Shown here: positions 48,921 through 63,659 of the stretch, in pieces
Numbering within the stretch: position 1 is the first letter of the stretch
How the letters are laid out: the number at the start of each line of letters is the position of its first letter
DNA from: Octopus vulgaris
Lineage: Eukaryota
Reading direction: 5' to 3'
Assembly: GCA_951406725.2 (NCBI GenBank)
Contig: OX597820.1
Location: 114,266,001-114,330,000, forward strand
DNA: 64,000 nt
Position numbers and translations under genes: made by a program
Notes under the pieces: model-generated
Databases searched by the model: none
What the model was told of the DNA's origin: nothing
What the model saw: only the letters and a program-made list of their open reading frames with translations

Positions 48921-51283
48921 TCCATAACAGTTCTTCAGTTCCTTAATCAGCACAATATTACCTTCATTCTCATTCAGTTTATTTGGATCTTCCAATTGGT
49001 CCTTCCAATTGGTACAGATTTAGACAACTGTGAAGTTCACACTCTTCACAGGGTTATGCGCTTCTTAATGAAGATTTCTAACATATGACATGCCTATTCT
49101 CTGGGCATGTCTTTTCCTTTGTTTCTATCTTTCCGTAGTCTCCATCTCTTCCTCATTACCACAAAATGACGGCAAAGTCAACCTTGGCAGGAACTCAGAA
49201 TGCAATGATAATGATTTATTTTATTACCACACGGGAGATGGAGGACATTACAAATTACAAAATGATGTGGGTGGGAGTTAGACTGAATGTGAAAAGCAAC
49301 AACAAATAGAAATAAATAAATATGATATAAAAATCATTGTATATGTGTCCTAAAAATGAGGAAAAAATTACCAAAAGCCACCCAGGAAATTCTGCAGATT
49401 AAAGATTTAGTTCACTCTCCAAGTCTACAACTGAATGTTTAAACCTCTGGCATCCAGACTACTCTGTTAAATGTAAGACATATTTATTCCCATTGTTTTG
49501 AATTGACCATGCATTATCTCACATCTTTGAGATTTTGGTGATGCGATTATTTATTTTTAGAATCACATTGTAGAAGAGGTGGGATATGGCCAGTCTGAAC
49601 ACAAAATAGGTGGAATATTTGGGCCAATTATGGCCAGTTTAAATGCTAAAGGATTAAAGTAAGCTCACTCAACCATACTCACTACTCCCATCCATGTAAT
49701 TTACTAGAGAGAGCCACTTCTTCCTTTACAACCTTTTTTCCAAGTGATACTTGAAAAGATTAATAAGGGCTTAGCCAAAAAGGAAAAGCCCAGTCCTTAG
49801 CCTTTTCATCCAGGATTCTTCTTTTTTTTTCTTCTCATAGACAAGACAATGGAAAACTGTGCTTCTCTGCCAAAGGAAAGTGTTAAGACAATAATAGCAA
49901 TGGACTCAGCAAAGAGTATGGCATGCTACAACAGCTGTTTGATGTAAATCCACAAATCAGCAACATGTCTGTGGAGAAGTTTTACAGCTTCTTGCATACC
50001 ACAGATAAGCTTTGCTAATTGCAGTACATGAGGAGTTTATCCCAAATTGATAATGCTACTAATCCACCATAGCCAAGGGTTATTGAAAGTTAATCCTTAA
50101 TCTTAAGTTATCTGAACAATTTTCATCTACATTTCACAGAGAGAGTATTAGTCAACCTGAAGCTGCGGTGGAAAATACTTGCCCAATAAATTATTCAGTA
50201 AACTGAACTCAGAACCACAAAGTCCCAGAGGGAACTTTTTAACCATGTAGCCATACCCATCCGACTTTTCAAGGATAGCTTCTTCTCAGTTCATTTTTGG
50301 CCAATACTGGCCACTGTCTTTGACCTTGTCCCAGTGAGTGTTCCTTTATAGAGTACAGCAACAAAATGCTGGATGACATGGACTTACATTTCCAGGTATC
50401 AAGTTCCAAACCTACCTCAAGTTGATTTAGTCCCTTGTTAACACCCCCTCAAATTGTTTCAGTAAAATGCTGACTCCCATCAGTTTCCAAGATGTTTGAA
50501 AGCATAATAAGGGTATAGGTTATGTGAACAGACATGGCCCTCCCATATTCCAGTTTGGATGCCACTTAAGGTCAAGTACTGACATCAGTGGTATCAGCTA
50601 CCTGCCTCCTTCAAAACTGCTGTCTTGTGCCTAAATTAGAAACCTTCATTATTAGCACTGGTGAGTCAAAAATTAAACCCTCAATTTATTTTTCAATTTA
50701 AGTTTTTTTATTAAAGACAATCAACTAAGAAATTAGATTTCCTTTTATTACAGTTCTGATAATCTCAGGTCTGAGATATATCATGAGTTTAATACCAACC
50801 CATCTGAGACTGCCTGTTCCTATGATACAATCTTCCTGTTTAAAATGATCTGAATAAAAACCTTGCATCAAAATTTCATATTAATTTGTATTCCAAATAC
50901 CAGCTTAAGGATGGCAAATTACTAAATTCCTCATTATTTTCAAAATTAATTGAAATAAACTAACAAAAATGGTCAAGCTAGAGTTTTATCCCAGTTTCCA
51001 TGGCAAATAATTATTTCAAAGTACAATGTTTACTTCTCCTAAACAGGACACCATCCACCGCAGGATCACCCCCACCTCACCCCAACTGTTGCACATTTAC
51101 AGCTGACAGACTGGAGCAACATGAACTGAAGTGTTTTAGTCATGAACACATCAACCACTCAGTCTGAGAATTGAACCCACAACCTTGTGATTGCAAGTCC
51201 AACATCCCTAACCACTAGGTCACACCCTTACAATAATTCCATTAAATAAGGCAGTGAGCTGAAAGAATTGTTAGCATGCCAAT

Positions 51284-51700
51284 AGGCGCAGGAGTGGCTG
51301 CGTGGTAAGTAGCTTGCTTACCAACCACATGGTTCCGGGTTCAGTCCCACTGCATGCCATCTTGGGCAAGTGTCTTCTGCTATAGCCTCGGGCCGACCAA
51401 TGCCTTGTGAGTGGATTTGGTAGACAGAAACTGAAAGAAGCCTGTCGTATATATGTATATATATATATATATGTATGTGTGTGTATGTGTTTGTGTGTTT
51501 GTCCTCCTAGCATTGCTTGACAACCGATGCTAGTGTGTTTACGTCCCCGTCACTTAGCGGTTCGGCAAAAGAGACTGATAGAATAAGTACTGGGCTTACA
51601 AAGAATAAGTCCCGGGGTCGATTTGGTCGACTAAAGGCAGTGCTCCAGCATGGCCACAGTCAAATGACTGAAACAAGTAAAAGAGTAAAAGAGTAAGAGT
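51284..51700 (+). mobile_element. SINE family A inserted in a family C SINE
   Basis: Near-identical to 1881. The host SINE reads TTAGCATGCCA before the insert and resumes ATGCCAGGCAAAATG after it. Confidence 0.88.
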
Positions 51701-52139
51701 ATGCCAGGCAAAATGTTAAGCAGCATTTTGTCTGTCTTTATGTTCTGAGTTCAAATTCTGCAAAGGTCGACTTTGCTTTTCATATTCTCAGAGCTGATAA
51801 AATAAGAACCGACTGAGCATCGAGGTCAGTGTACTTGACTTGAACCTCCCCTGAAATTGCTGGCCTTGTGCTAAAAATTTGAAACCAATAATTCTGCTAA
51901 ATCTTTAGCTTGGCATTGTTTTCTCTGTTGCTGGAGCCATAGTTAAAATTATATTTTATTGTATTTTTATGTAGGTTTTATGCAGGGACATTGCAAATGG
52001 GAGGTGCCGACTGTCTCCATTAGGAAATAGTTGGATTAAAGGAAGTAGTTTAGTAGAACAGTAGCAAGCAGGTAAGGTACTGGAGGACTTCACTGAAAGC
52101 AGCAGTGTAGCTGTGAATTATAATTATGTATGTTGTACA

Positions 52140-52200
52140 AGTGTATGGGATGTGTGTGTGTCTGCGTGCATGTGTGTGTGCTTCTATGAGTGGCTTGTAC

Positions 52201-52240
<40 letters not shown>

Positions 52241-52278
52241 TGTAGTGTTTGATTAATTGGATGGGAGAGTTTGTCAAG

Positions 52279-52309
<31 letters not shown>

Positions 52310-52405
52310 TATGTAGAGAGAAGACAACTGAAAGGTTATAGAGAAAAAAAAGCATGCAAACAATGGAAGGTGGAGGAAGAATAAAGAGAAGTTAGTGGTA
52401 AACAG

Positions 52406-52470
<65 letters not shown>

Positions 52471-52840
52471 AAGACTGCCAAGTGAGATATTAAGAAAAAT
52501 AGATAGATAGATAGATAGCTCAACTGATAGATAGACAGAGAAAAGTAGGTGGAGAAAGATAGGGAGAAAAATGGAGAGAGGGAGAGAAAAAAGATTGCAT
52601 ATGAGAGACAGAGAAAACAGATAGATAGAAAGATAGATAGAGAGAGAGAGAGAGGGAGGGAGGGAAAGTACAGACATATGGTAGCTAAGTGATAGATAGA
52701 GAAAAAATAAAAGCAAAAACAGAATATGTATAAGTGAGAAAGACAGAAGGGAAGAGAAGAACAGACGGAGGGTGAGGAAAACTAATGAGTGATGGGGGTG
52801 GGGGTGGGGGTGGAATAATGAGTGATAGAGGCAGAGACAA
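52140..52840. repeat. Compound (TG)n/(GA)n/(GATA)n microsatellite and purine-rich tract
   Basis: Direct inspection. Confidence 0.9.
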
Positions 52841-53034
52841 TACAATAGTTCATATTATTTCATAGATCGAGTGAGTGTTTATTTAGTTTACACTTATCAC
52901 ACCATCTGGACTCTCTCGCATTTATTCTGAGTTGGTTGCTCTCTTTCAGTTCACAGAGAAAGTTTTTTGTCAACCTTCAACAAGTTTTACTTTTCATACT
53001 GGATGGTTAAATTCATAAGAAAGGTATGTGAATC

Positions 53035-54512
<1,478 letters not shown>

Positions 54513-55519
54513 GTGTTCTGACACACTATTTTTATTTGTATTCATATGAAATTGTATGTATGATTGCATATGTGTGTGTGACTTGTATTTGCATGTCTCT
54601 GCAATATGAACTTCATCCGACAGTCGAAACACCTAAGTCAACATAATTACATTGCTGCCAACACCCACACTTAGTTACTTTTATCAACATAATTACAATT
54701 AACAACAGTATACAGAGAACCAGCAGAACCAGTGAATCTACATTTAAGGCTTTAGTTTTTGTTCTTGTAGCTTGTATTATATAGTCAATAAAGGTTTAGT
54801 TTTGGTCCAAGCATAACCAAAAGAAATAAGAAAAACAATTGCCACATATATAGGGGATAATGAGATCTTGTGATGTTCATGCTTTTCTCATTGGGATTAA
54901 TGATTTAAGAAAACTAGCTGTATGAAAGATATCTGATCACAAGGAAATAAAGGTCTCTTACTTTAGCAAACTACTCCAAAATTACAGGGGAGGTTGATAA
55001 GGGTTTATGTCATTCATGTCTTTTCCATTTGGGTTAACAACGTACAGGAATTGACTAATGAAACTTCATGTGACACTAAGATTATTTAGTTTGATTTGTA
55101 AAGACACTGTGATCAGATCCCACTGGAGTTGACTTAGCTTTCAGTACTTCTAGAGTGGGGAAATATTGATAAAATATATAGACTAATAATATACTGAGGC
55201 TGATATAACATGACCAAATCTGCTTTCACAATATTAAGCTTCTTCAAATTCAGAAGATATTCCAGCTTTGATCAGTAACTAACTCTATATAGATCTCAAA
55301 TGTAGTCTTCACTGAATACTTCCCATATATCTGGGATGCTATGACTGTTAAACACATTAACATCCTAGACAGCATCCAGAAGAAGACTGTTTGGCTGACT
55401 GGAAGATCCATTCAAAACAGACTACATCCCTTGATACAGAAACATACAGGTTTTTTTTCTCTCCTTGCTCCTTTTATTGTTAACACAATGGCTTTCTTCC
55501 TTCCTCTAAACTAACAATA

Positions 55520-56205
55520 CAAGGTAGTATCAAAAAGTTCCTGGACTAGTTATGTTTGATAAAAAATAACTTATTTACCTAAGTTTTAATATCATCTCCC
55601 TCGAAATACTCACATTGCACAGCAATACACTGGTCTCAGAGTTCCTGCCACTTTTGGAATCTGGCATGGAAGTTGTTTTCCATAAGCAAGTCTCGGACTT
55701 TTTGCAATTTGCTCTGGATCTCAATAATGGTGTTAAAACAGCGACCTTTGAGCCGCATTATCATCTTGGGGAAGAGATGGAAGCCTCTAGATACAAAATC
55801 TGGTGAATAAGATAGGTGCAGAAGCAATACCACGTTGTTTTTGGTGAGAAGCTCACAAGCAAGGATAGTTTGTCGATAGGGTACATTGTTATCATGAAGA
55901 ATCCACAGATCCAGTCTCTTTCACCAAATGTCCTACCTCAAGCACTTCAAAATGTCACAGTAGAACTCGGAATTGACAATCTGGCCCGGGGGGATGAATT
56001 CTTGATGCACAATACCACATTTCCGGGGGTGACACTTGTAGCAGGTCTTCCAGATTGCTCATCATCTTCCAAGGATGTTCTTCCACTTTTGAAGCATCGG
56101 AGCCACTCAAAACATTGCATATGGCCCATTGCCTCATCACTGTAAGATTGCCAAAGCATGCACAATGTCTCTGTAGCAGTCCAGGAACTTTTTGATGCCA
56201 CCTTG
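55520..56205 (-). mobile_element. Internally deleted mariner element (686 bp)
   Basis: TA|CAAGGTAGTATCAAAAAGTTCCTGGACT...AGTCCAGGAACTTTTTGATGCCACCTTG|TA. Remnants FKSGRTSLEDDEQSGRP and YSPDF...LFPKM. Confidence 0.9.
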
Positions 56206-56247
56206 TACTAGCCAAATACTGAAGTCAATGGTATTTTAGGGAGTTTT

Positions 56248-56482
56248 AAGGTGGCGAGCTGGCAGAAACATTAGCACACCAGGCGAAATGCTTAGTGGTA
56301 TTTCGTCTGCCGCTACGTTCTGAGTTCAAATTCTGCCGAGGTCGACTTTGCCTTTCATCTTTTCAGGGTCGATAAATTAAGTACCAGTTATGCACTGGGG
56401 GTCGATATAATCGACTTAATCCTTTTGTCTGTCCTTGTTTGTCCTCTCTGTGTTTAGCCCCTTGTGGGTAGTAAAGAAATAG
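56248..56482 (+). mobile_element. SINE family C, young CpG-intact copy
   Basis: GGTGGCGAGCTGGCAGAAAC...GAGGTCGACTTTGCCTTTCATC...GTAAAGAAATAGG. Confidence 0.85.
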
Positions 56483-56869
56483 GTATTTTAGTGAGTTGGG
56501 TTGTTGTATGAATGTGGTTGATAATATAATGTCTTTTGATTAAAATAAGTCAAGGTGAATACCAATAAGAAAATACAAAGACAAGTTAAAATTTACTACA
56601 CTGCAACATATATTTCTATTGCTAAAATGAATACATCAACTGACACAACAAATGGAACTCTATCAAAAACTTTACATGGTTTCACAATGTTTCTCAAAAT
56701 TGAAGTTAAATGTTAGAGGAAACACAAAACATAGTGTCAAAGGTTCCGGTTACAAATCTCTCCTTGCTGAAAACTCCAAATTGGTAAAAACTGATCACAT
56801 ATCAAAGATCAAAGTTCACTCATAACAAATTCACCTGCCTCCTTCATTAGGTGGAAAATCATCCCTTAA

Positions 56870-57091
56870 CCCTTTCATTACTGTATTTATCTGTTGAGAT
56901 GCTCTCTGTTTCTTTCAATTACTTTAAATATAACAAAGAATTTAGTAAAATAACTTAGTCATCATTCAACCAGTGTTAAGAACATAAATTGTAACTAAGG
57001 TTTGGTGGAAGATTTTAATTCAAAACTTATGAAAACAAGACATTTATACTCAGAGCGAGAGCTGGTTTCAACCGAGTTGGTAACGAAAGGG
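56870..57091. mobile_element. piggyBac-type MITE (5755 family)
   Basis: TTAA|CCCTTTCATTAC...GTAACGAAAGGG|TTAA. Confidence 0.88.
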
Positions 57092-57573
57092 TTAAGTAAC
57101 TGATGTAGAAATACTAGACTAGTCTATCATGTCAAAGGGTGGACCATCTGCATAAAACTAAATGGACTTGACCATCACATGATGAACCAAAAATAGGTAG
57201 CTGAAAGTAAAAATCTACAATGTGGGTAGCTAAAAGTAAAGACTAACCATGCTTCTGCTACAGTATCAACAAACTCTCTATTGAAAGGATTGTCAAAATT
57301 CAAGTCAGATTGAGTTTTGGAATTACTGTCTTCCTTGACAGGTCAGAATCAATGTTTGCATGTATATTAACGATACACCACACAGTGGGATTGAACTTAA
57401 AACTCCATGGTTGCAAAGCAAACTTCTTAACCTCACAACCATGCCTGCATCCTAAACAACAACACTAACAGCAACAACAACAACAACAACAACAACAACA
57501 AAACCAATTGCTGCAACAATGAAAGCAACAGTTACAACAACAACAACAACAATGAAAGTAGTAGCAGCAGCAG

Positions 57574-57925
57574 TGGAGGCGCAATGGCCCAATGGTTAGG
57601 GCAGCGGACTCGCGGTCGGAGGATATTGGTTTCGATTCCCAGACCGGCCGTTGTGTGTGTTTATTGAGCGGAAACACCTAAAGCTCCACCAGGCTCCGGC
57701 AGGGGGTAGTGGCGACCCCAGTTGTACTCTTTTGCCCCAACTTTCTCTCACTCTTTCTTCCTGTTTCTTGTCCCCGACCTCCTACGCAACCGCTGAGCCT
57801 GGATGCGCATTCATCCATCCATCGATGCTCTCGGTGTTGGGCGTTGACCTGTTTTCTCTTCTGCGGGTCTTACAAATAGCAAAGGACCACGTTTTGGACT
57901 TCTCCTACTACTGGGATGAAGACCG
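57574..57925 (+). mobile_element. tRNA-derived SINE (family D) within (CAA/CAG)n
   Basis: A box TGGCCCAATGG and B box GTTTCGATTCC. Matches 200-517 inverted. Confidence 0.85.
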
Positions 57926-58195
57926 CTTCGCTCAGCAACAACAACAACAACAACAGAAGCAGCAACAAACATAATTAATGATGGTAATGACTGTGGGTAT
58001 TGTTGCTATCAAGTAGTACAAACAAAGTGTTTCCTTGCTTGCTTCAGGCTAAAGGTAGATGAAAAGACATCATCATCATCATCATCACCTCCACCATCTT
58101 TATTGTTTTTGCAGTTATTTTATTCCTAGTATAAATTGTGGTAGAGGACAAACTCCAGACAACATGTCTTCCAGTATTAAATTCTTTTATATTCA

Positions 58196-58668
58196 TCATC
58201 ATCATTTAACGTCCGTTTTCCATGCTAGCATGGGTTGGACGATTTGACCGGGGTCTGGGAAGCCAGGAGGCTGCACCAGGCACTAGTCTGATCTGGCAGT
58301 GTTTCTACAGCTGGATGCCCTTCCTAACGTCAACCACTCTGTGAGTGTAGTGGGAGCTTTTTACGTGCCCCCGGCACAGGTGCCAGGGGAGACAGGCAAT
58401 GGCCACGATCGGTTGGCGCTATTTACATGCCACCGGAACTGGCATCGGCCATGTTCGGATGGTGCTTTTTATGTGCCACCGGCACAAGTATCACAACTAC
58501 AATTTCCATTTGATTTTTTGATGTTGATGTACTTGGATTCAATAGGTCTCCTCAAGTACAGCAGGTTGCCCTACGATCCAAGGTAAGCACAGCAGGCCGT
58601 CCTGCGATCCAAGGCACTTTGGATGGGCTGGGGCTTCTATGTGAAGCTGGTGCAGGAAACAGCCATGA
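58196..58668 (-). mobile_element. Family B / RTE 3'-end element
   Basis: Closely similar to 43505-43960. Confidence 0.8.
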
Positions 58669-59046
58669 TTCTGAGTTCAAATTATACTTGGGATTAACTT
58701 TTATGTTTTTGTTTCTCTTTTTCTTTTTATGCTCAATAACACAAATCTCAGGTGGTAGTAGCAGTGGTGATAGTGGTGGGGGTGGGGGTTGATTTGACTG
58801 TTTTCCTCCTGAAGTTTATGGCCTTGGGCCAAATTTAGAAATTAATATTGACAGGTGAATGCCACCAAATGGCGAAATGCCAATCTAAATGCATTGCAGT
58901 GTTTAGCTACATTTTTCACCATTCAAAATTCAAACCTTGCTGGTGCTGACTTTGCTTCCAGAGTTGAAGGTGCTTATCTTTGTGATTAATATCCTAATGG
59001 CTAATGATCATAAAATTAAAACTTCCATAAAGCATAATGTAAGCAT

Positions 59047-59107
<61 letters not shown>

Positions 59108-59744
59108 TTTAATTTTCTGTCTACCAAATTCACTCACAAGCCTTTGGTCAGTCTGGGGCAAGAGTAAAAGACACTAGCCTAAAGTGGCATGCAATGGGAC
59201 TGAACTTGAAACCACGTGGTTTGGAAGCAAATATCTTATCAACACAGTCATATGAGGCACAGAATGTGCCTCATATGTATGAAATCAGTGGGTTTTTTTT
59301 CCTTTTGTTTATCTCTAACATTGGTAAATAGTGAAATCAGCAGAACTGCAGACAAAAGAACCTTACTGTATTTAGTGATATAACCATAGGCTCCAAGTTC
59401 AAACCCATTTTGAGACTTGCTATCCACTCATATGAATTCTTGCTTTTAGTATGTTTTAGAAATGAATCATGTTATAAATTGAGGGTGCATAGCTCAAAGA
59501 TAAAGGTTGTCTCTCTGGGTTGAACTACTTTTTTCTCTGCATTGAGAAGTCACGGCTCTGGTACGACAGACATTTGATTAGAATGTTGCAGGAAATAATT
59601 GCAAAATAGATTCTTCAAGCTGTGCCAACAAGAAGGCGGACTGTGATGGTTGGATAATATCCATCGTCTCAGCTGGTCATGCTTGGGAATCCAGCCGGAA
59701 AGTGTAATGATGGTGGCTTCTGATAGGAATTTGAGAAAGAGGGA

Positions 59745-59920
59745 AAAACCTACTTGTTGAAACAAAACTCCAGAAGAAAACAAAAATTTTCAGACAGTGA
59801 CTGTTGGACACTTACACAAATTGTTAGAAAGGATCACAAAAGTACAGCTCCCAAAATTACTGCAGAGCTTAATGACCACCTTGAGAACCCAGTTTCCACA
59901 AAAACTGTTCGCTGGGAGCT
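59745..59920 (+). mobile_element. Tc1-type transposase fragment (HTH region)
   Basis: NSRRKQKFSDSD..LTQIVRKDHKSTAPKITAELNDHLENPVSTKTVRWEL. Confidence 0.75.
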
Positions 59921-60126
59921 ACAACAGCTACAATAACAACAACAGCAATGAAAGTAGCAGCAATTTGGTTTCTCAGGATTAGAGTGGGTGGTATGGATGG
60001 ATGGATGGATATGCTGAGGTTAAACTCAATTCCCTAAAATCTAAAACTGTCTTTCCTGCGCAAAAAAATAAACTTGATTAAAAATTATCATTAACTGTTT
60101 TTCTGTTTTTGCTTCAGAGAATAATT

Positions 60127-60345
60127 AGGCGTAGGAGTGGCTGTGTGGTAAGTAGCTAGCTTACGAACCACCTGGTCCTGGGTTCAGTCCCACTGCGTGG
60201 CACCTTGGGCAAGTGTCTTCTACTATAGCCTTGGGCCAACCAAAGCCTTGTGAGTGAATTTGGTAGATGGAAACTGAAAGAAGCCTGTCACATATATGTA
60301 TATATATATGTATGTATGTGTATGTGTATGTTTGTATGTATATAT
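60127..60345 (+). mobile_element. SINE family A 5' half, followed by an inverted partial copy (about 60387-60480)
   Basis: Matches 1881-2060. Confidence 0.8.
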
Positions 60346-60639
60346 AGATATTAAATGCTGCTGCTGCTGATATATATATATATTTGATAGGCTTTTTTCA
60401 GTTTCCATCTTATACATTCTTTCACAGAGTATTGGTTGACTTAGGGTTTTAGTACAAGGCACTTGCTGAAGGTGGCACACAACCATATGTATCAGGTAAA
60501 AACCATGCAGCTGTCAACAGCCCAGTCCATCATTAGAGACTAATGAGATGTATACAGTTCAGAAGTACTTGAAGCTTATGTCATTGTATACTGAGTATTT
60601 TATTAGTTGGCAGTGCTGGTTTGAGGCCCAACCTGAGTT

Positions 60640-60783
60640 CTTTTACAGGACTTAGAAAAACTGAAGGAAAGCTGCAATAAGTGTGTGAATCTGAGAAGGG
60701 AATATGTTGAATAAAATCTTAATGAACTGATCCTCCTGTATTTTCTTTTACTCAAAACCAGGAACTTTTGAGTACCCTCTTGT
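60640..60783 (+). mobile_element. mariner 3' end fragment
   Basis: LEKLKESCNKCVNLRREYVE* followed by the TIR-like GGAACTTTT...CTTG|TA. Confidence 0.65.
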
Positions 60784-61207
60784 ATATGTTCTACATAGCA
60801 GCAAAGCTCTCAGTGGCTCCAAAAATTATAGATCTATTATTCACTCTGTAGTGTTTAAACCAGGTTAAACATTCCACGTGTCCCACGTAAATTAATCATG
60901 TAAAATGTCCTATTTGATAGACAGGCAGCTGTTGCATAAATTCCATTGATATGAATTAGCTCCATGTAAGGGTTAGGGTTAGGGTTAGGTTGTGGGTTGA
61001 GACAGTTGACAAATTGCATTCTAAATATTACAGAAAAAAACAGAGGAAAAATTCCCTCTCCCATAAAAGAGTAATTTTTCTTCATATAATCTACAGAAGT
61101 CGTTTAAAACAATGCCTGGAAAGTATTAACAGGTGTTATTTGCCAGCATTGGGACATAAATCCTTGAAGAACAGCCTTTAGTGTCATGACAATGTTAATA
61201 AATATTC

Positions 61208-61562
61208 TTTTATTTGTTTCAGTCATTTGATTGCAGCCATGCAGTCGAACAAATCATCTCTAGGGGTTCTTTCTTAAGCCTAGTACTTATTCTATTGATA
61301 TCTTTTGCTGAACTGCTAAGTTACAGGGGTGTAAACACACCAACACCAGTTGTCAAATGGTGAAGGGGGGACAAATACAGGCACAAAGACATACACACAC
61401 ACACATCGGGTTTCTTTCACTTTCTGTCTACCAAATCCAGTCACAAGGCTTTGGTCAGCCCAAGGCTATAGTAGAAGCTGCTTGTCCAAAGTGCCACACA
61501 ATGGGATTGAACCTGGAACCATGTGGTTAGGAAGCAAGCTTCTTACCACACAGCCACACCTG
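61208..61562 (-). mobile_element. SINE family A
   Basis: Reverse-complement match to 1881-2328. Confidence 0.8.
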
Positions 61563-61790
61563 CAACTATACAAATCATATTCTTTTTAAATGTGTGATGT
61601 AGGCTCAGGCATGGTTATAAGTGTAGGTATGGCTGTGCGGTTGAGATGTTCATGCCCCAAACACATTATTTTTGGTTCAGTCCCACCTTGGGAACCCTGG
61701 GCACATGCATTCTACTATAGCCCCAGGTTGATGAAAGCCTTGTGAGTAGATTTGGTACATGGAAACTGAAAAAAAGCCCAATGTGTATAT

Positions 61791-61978
61791 AGGGAGAGTT
61801 TACGAAAAAAGCAAAAGACGAAGACAGGTGGTGTACAAAACAAACAGATGTATTAGTATAACGCGCAGGAATAGGAAAAGTCTTTTACGTTTCGAGCCTA
61901 CGCTCTTCTACAGAAAGGGACACAGAAAAAACAAGGAGAGAAAAAAATGTGTGTAGTGGCTAACGATCTATCATGGCG
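61791..61978 (-). mobile_element. Short insertion carrying a minimal hammerhead-like motif (Penelope pLTR-like)
   Basis: CpG-rich 188-bp insert in the (TA)n of a SINE. The minus strand reads CTTT-CTGTAGAA-GAGC-GTAG-GCTC-GAAAC-GTA-AAAG. Confidence 0.55.
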
Positions 61979-62479
61979 TATATATGTGTATATACATATG
62001 TGTATACATGTGTGTGTGTGGGTGTGTAGGTGGGGTGGTTTTGGGTTTGTGAATGTGGGCCTGGGTGCATGAGGGAGTGAATGCTCATCTGTATGAGGGT
62101 GATTGTATGTTTATGTCTCCTTGTCTTGATATTGTGTGATGGTTGTGAATAAATATCATTGTCATATAAGCAGTGTCATTTTCCAATATTCTGGGAAAAT
62201 ATGGCTGGCCATGGATAAATATAACTTTGATTGCAAACAGGTGAAGGTTGGCAACAGAAATATCATCTGGTTATACAAAAATTTGTCCATGGAAAAGTGG
62301 AGATTAAAATGATGATGATGATGATGATGATGATGGAAGTTTTTGATAAGGGAGATTCAAGAATAATAATAGAATAATTGATATATATGTAAAGATTTAT
62401 GTTGATAAACATAAAGAATTTTAAATACTTATATAACTAGGAAACTAAAATTCATTTGTAAAATTTGGCAATTTTGTGG

Positions 62480-62830
62480 CTACATTCTGGTCCTTAGCAA
62501 TATCCTTCATGAGGCTCACTGTCTTGAGATCAGCCTTCAATACTTCTTCCCATGTCTTTCTGAGTCTCCCTCTTCAACAAATTCCATCCACTCTAAGTAA
62601 TGGCAACTTCTGCATGTGACTGTCTACATCCATGCACATCTCATGACCAGACCAGTGCAGTCATCTTCTCTCTTGCACACTGCATCGAATTCCTCTTTTG
62701 CCCAACTTTTCCCTCAATGCACTCTGTCACACATGTACACTGAAATTGCACATCCTGTGGAGCATACTAGCTTCAGTCCTCTCTAGCCTTCACATGTCTT
62801 CTGCATTCAGGATCCATGTCTCACTACCAT
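62480..62830 (-). mobile_element. RTE LINE 3' fragment (2855 family)
   Basis: Reverse complement resembles 3500-3830 (AEDM.RLERTEASML, VQERR, WSGH, GRLRKTW). Confidence 0.75.
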
Positions 62831-63659
62831 GTAAAAATGATGGTGATACTGATGTTGTCAATTAATCTCATCATCATAATGATCTTCATCATTTTACAAC
62901 CATTTCTCCATGTTAGCATGAGCAGGGAGAGTCTAACTACTCATCATAACCCGTCTGTGTTATTGTGGATACTATGTCTTTTTTGCTGCATGGTTTTGTG
63001 GCTGGATTCTTTTCCAATCAGCAAACACTTTACAGTATGGACTAAGGGCATTTATTGTGCTATCAACACTAGAGATGTTGCATACAGCAAAACCATTGAG
63101 CCTTCTCTTACTATAACAGTATTTCTTCTTGAACACGTTGACTGGTCTATGGTGCCACCATTTTTGTGACAAACCCCCACCCCCACCTGATATTAATACA
63201 TTTGTTTGTTTACTAAGATTCAACTATGTTTTTTATTATAGACTTTATTGTTTTTATATCTCAATACATTGGTTTTCTTCCGTGTAAAATGGTTAATAAA
63301 CACGATTTAAATTTTATTACATACAGAAAATAGGACAAATTTAAGGAGGCTTGTATGCTTCAAAGAAAGCCCTTTGCAGGAGAGGGAGAAGCATTTTTAA
63401 AATTCTCTATGTACTTTTTTTAATTACTGTATTCGTACATACCTAATTTTATGTCAGCATAAAAATGACTTGAAATAAATTTCCTTAAGCTTGTAAGTAA
63501 CTCTATATCAATTTTATTACCTACATACAGATACTTCCTTTCCTTGAGTCAACACAAGACATTTAATACAGACACATCCATTTGATAAATTTTCTGAGTT
63601 CCTTCCATATTTAAGCCTTTCTTTACTCTATTTCTGTTCAAATACATTGCTTTTGAATT

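Noticed and set aside
57574-57645. tRNA gene
   Set aside because: A and B boxes are present, but the acceptor and anticodon arms are defective and the sequence continues into a SINE body.
60970-60990. Telomere or chromosome-fusion relic
   Set aside because: Only about 3 GGGTTA units. Such tracts occur inside DNA-transposon-derived repeats here (compare 16546-17246).
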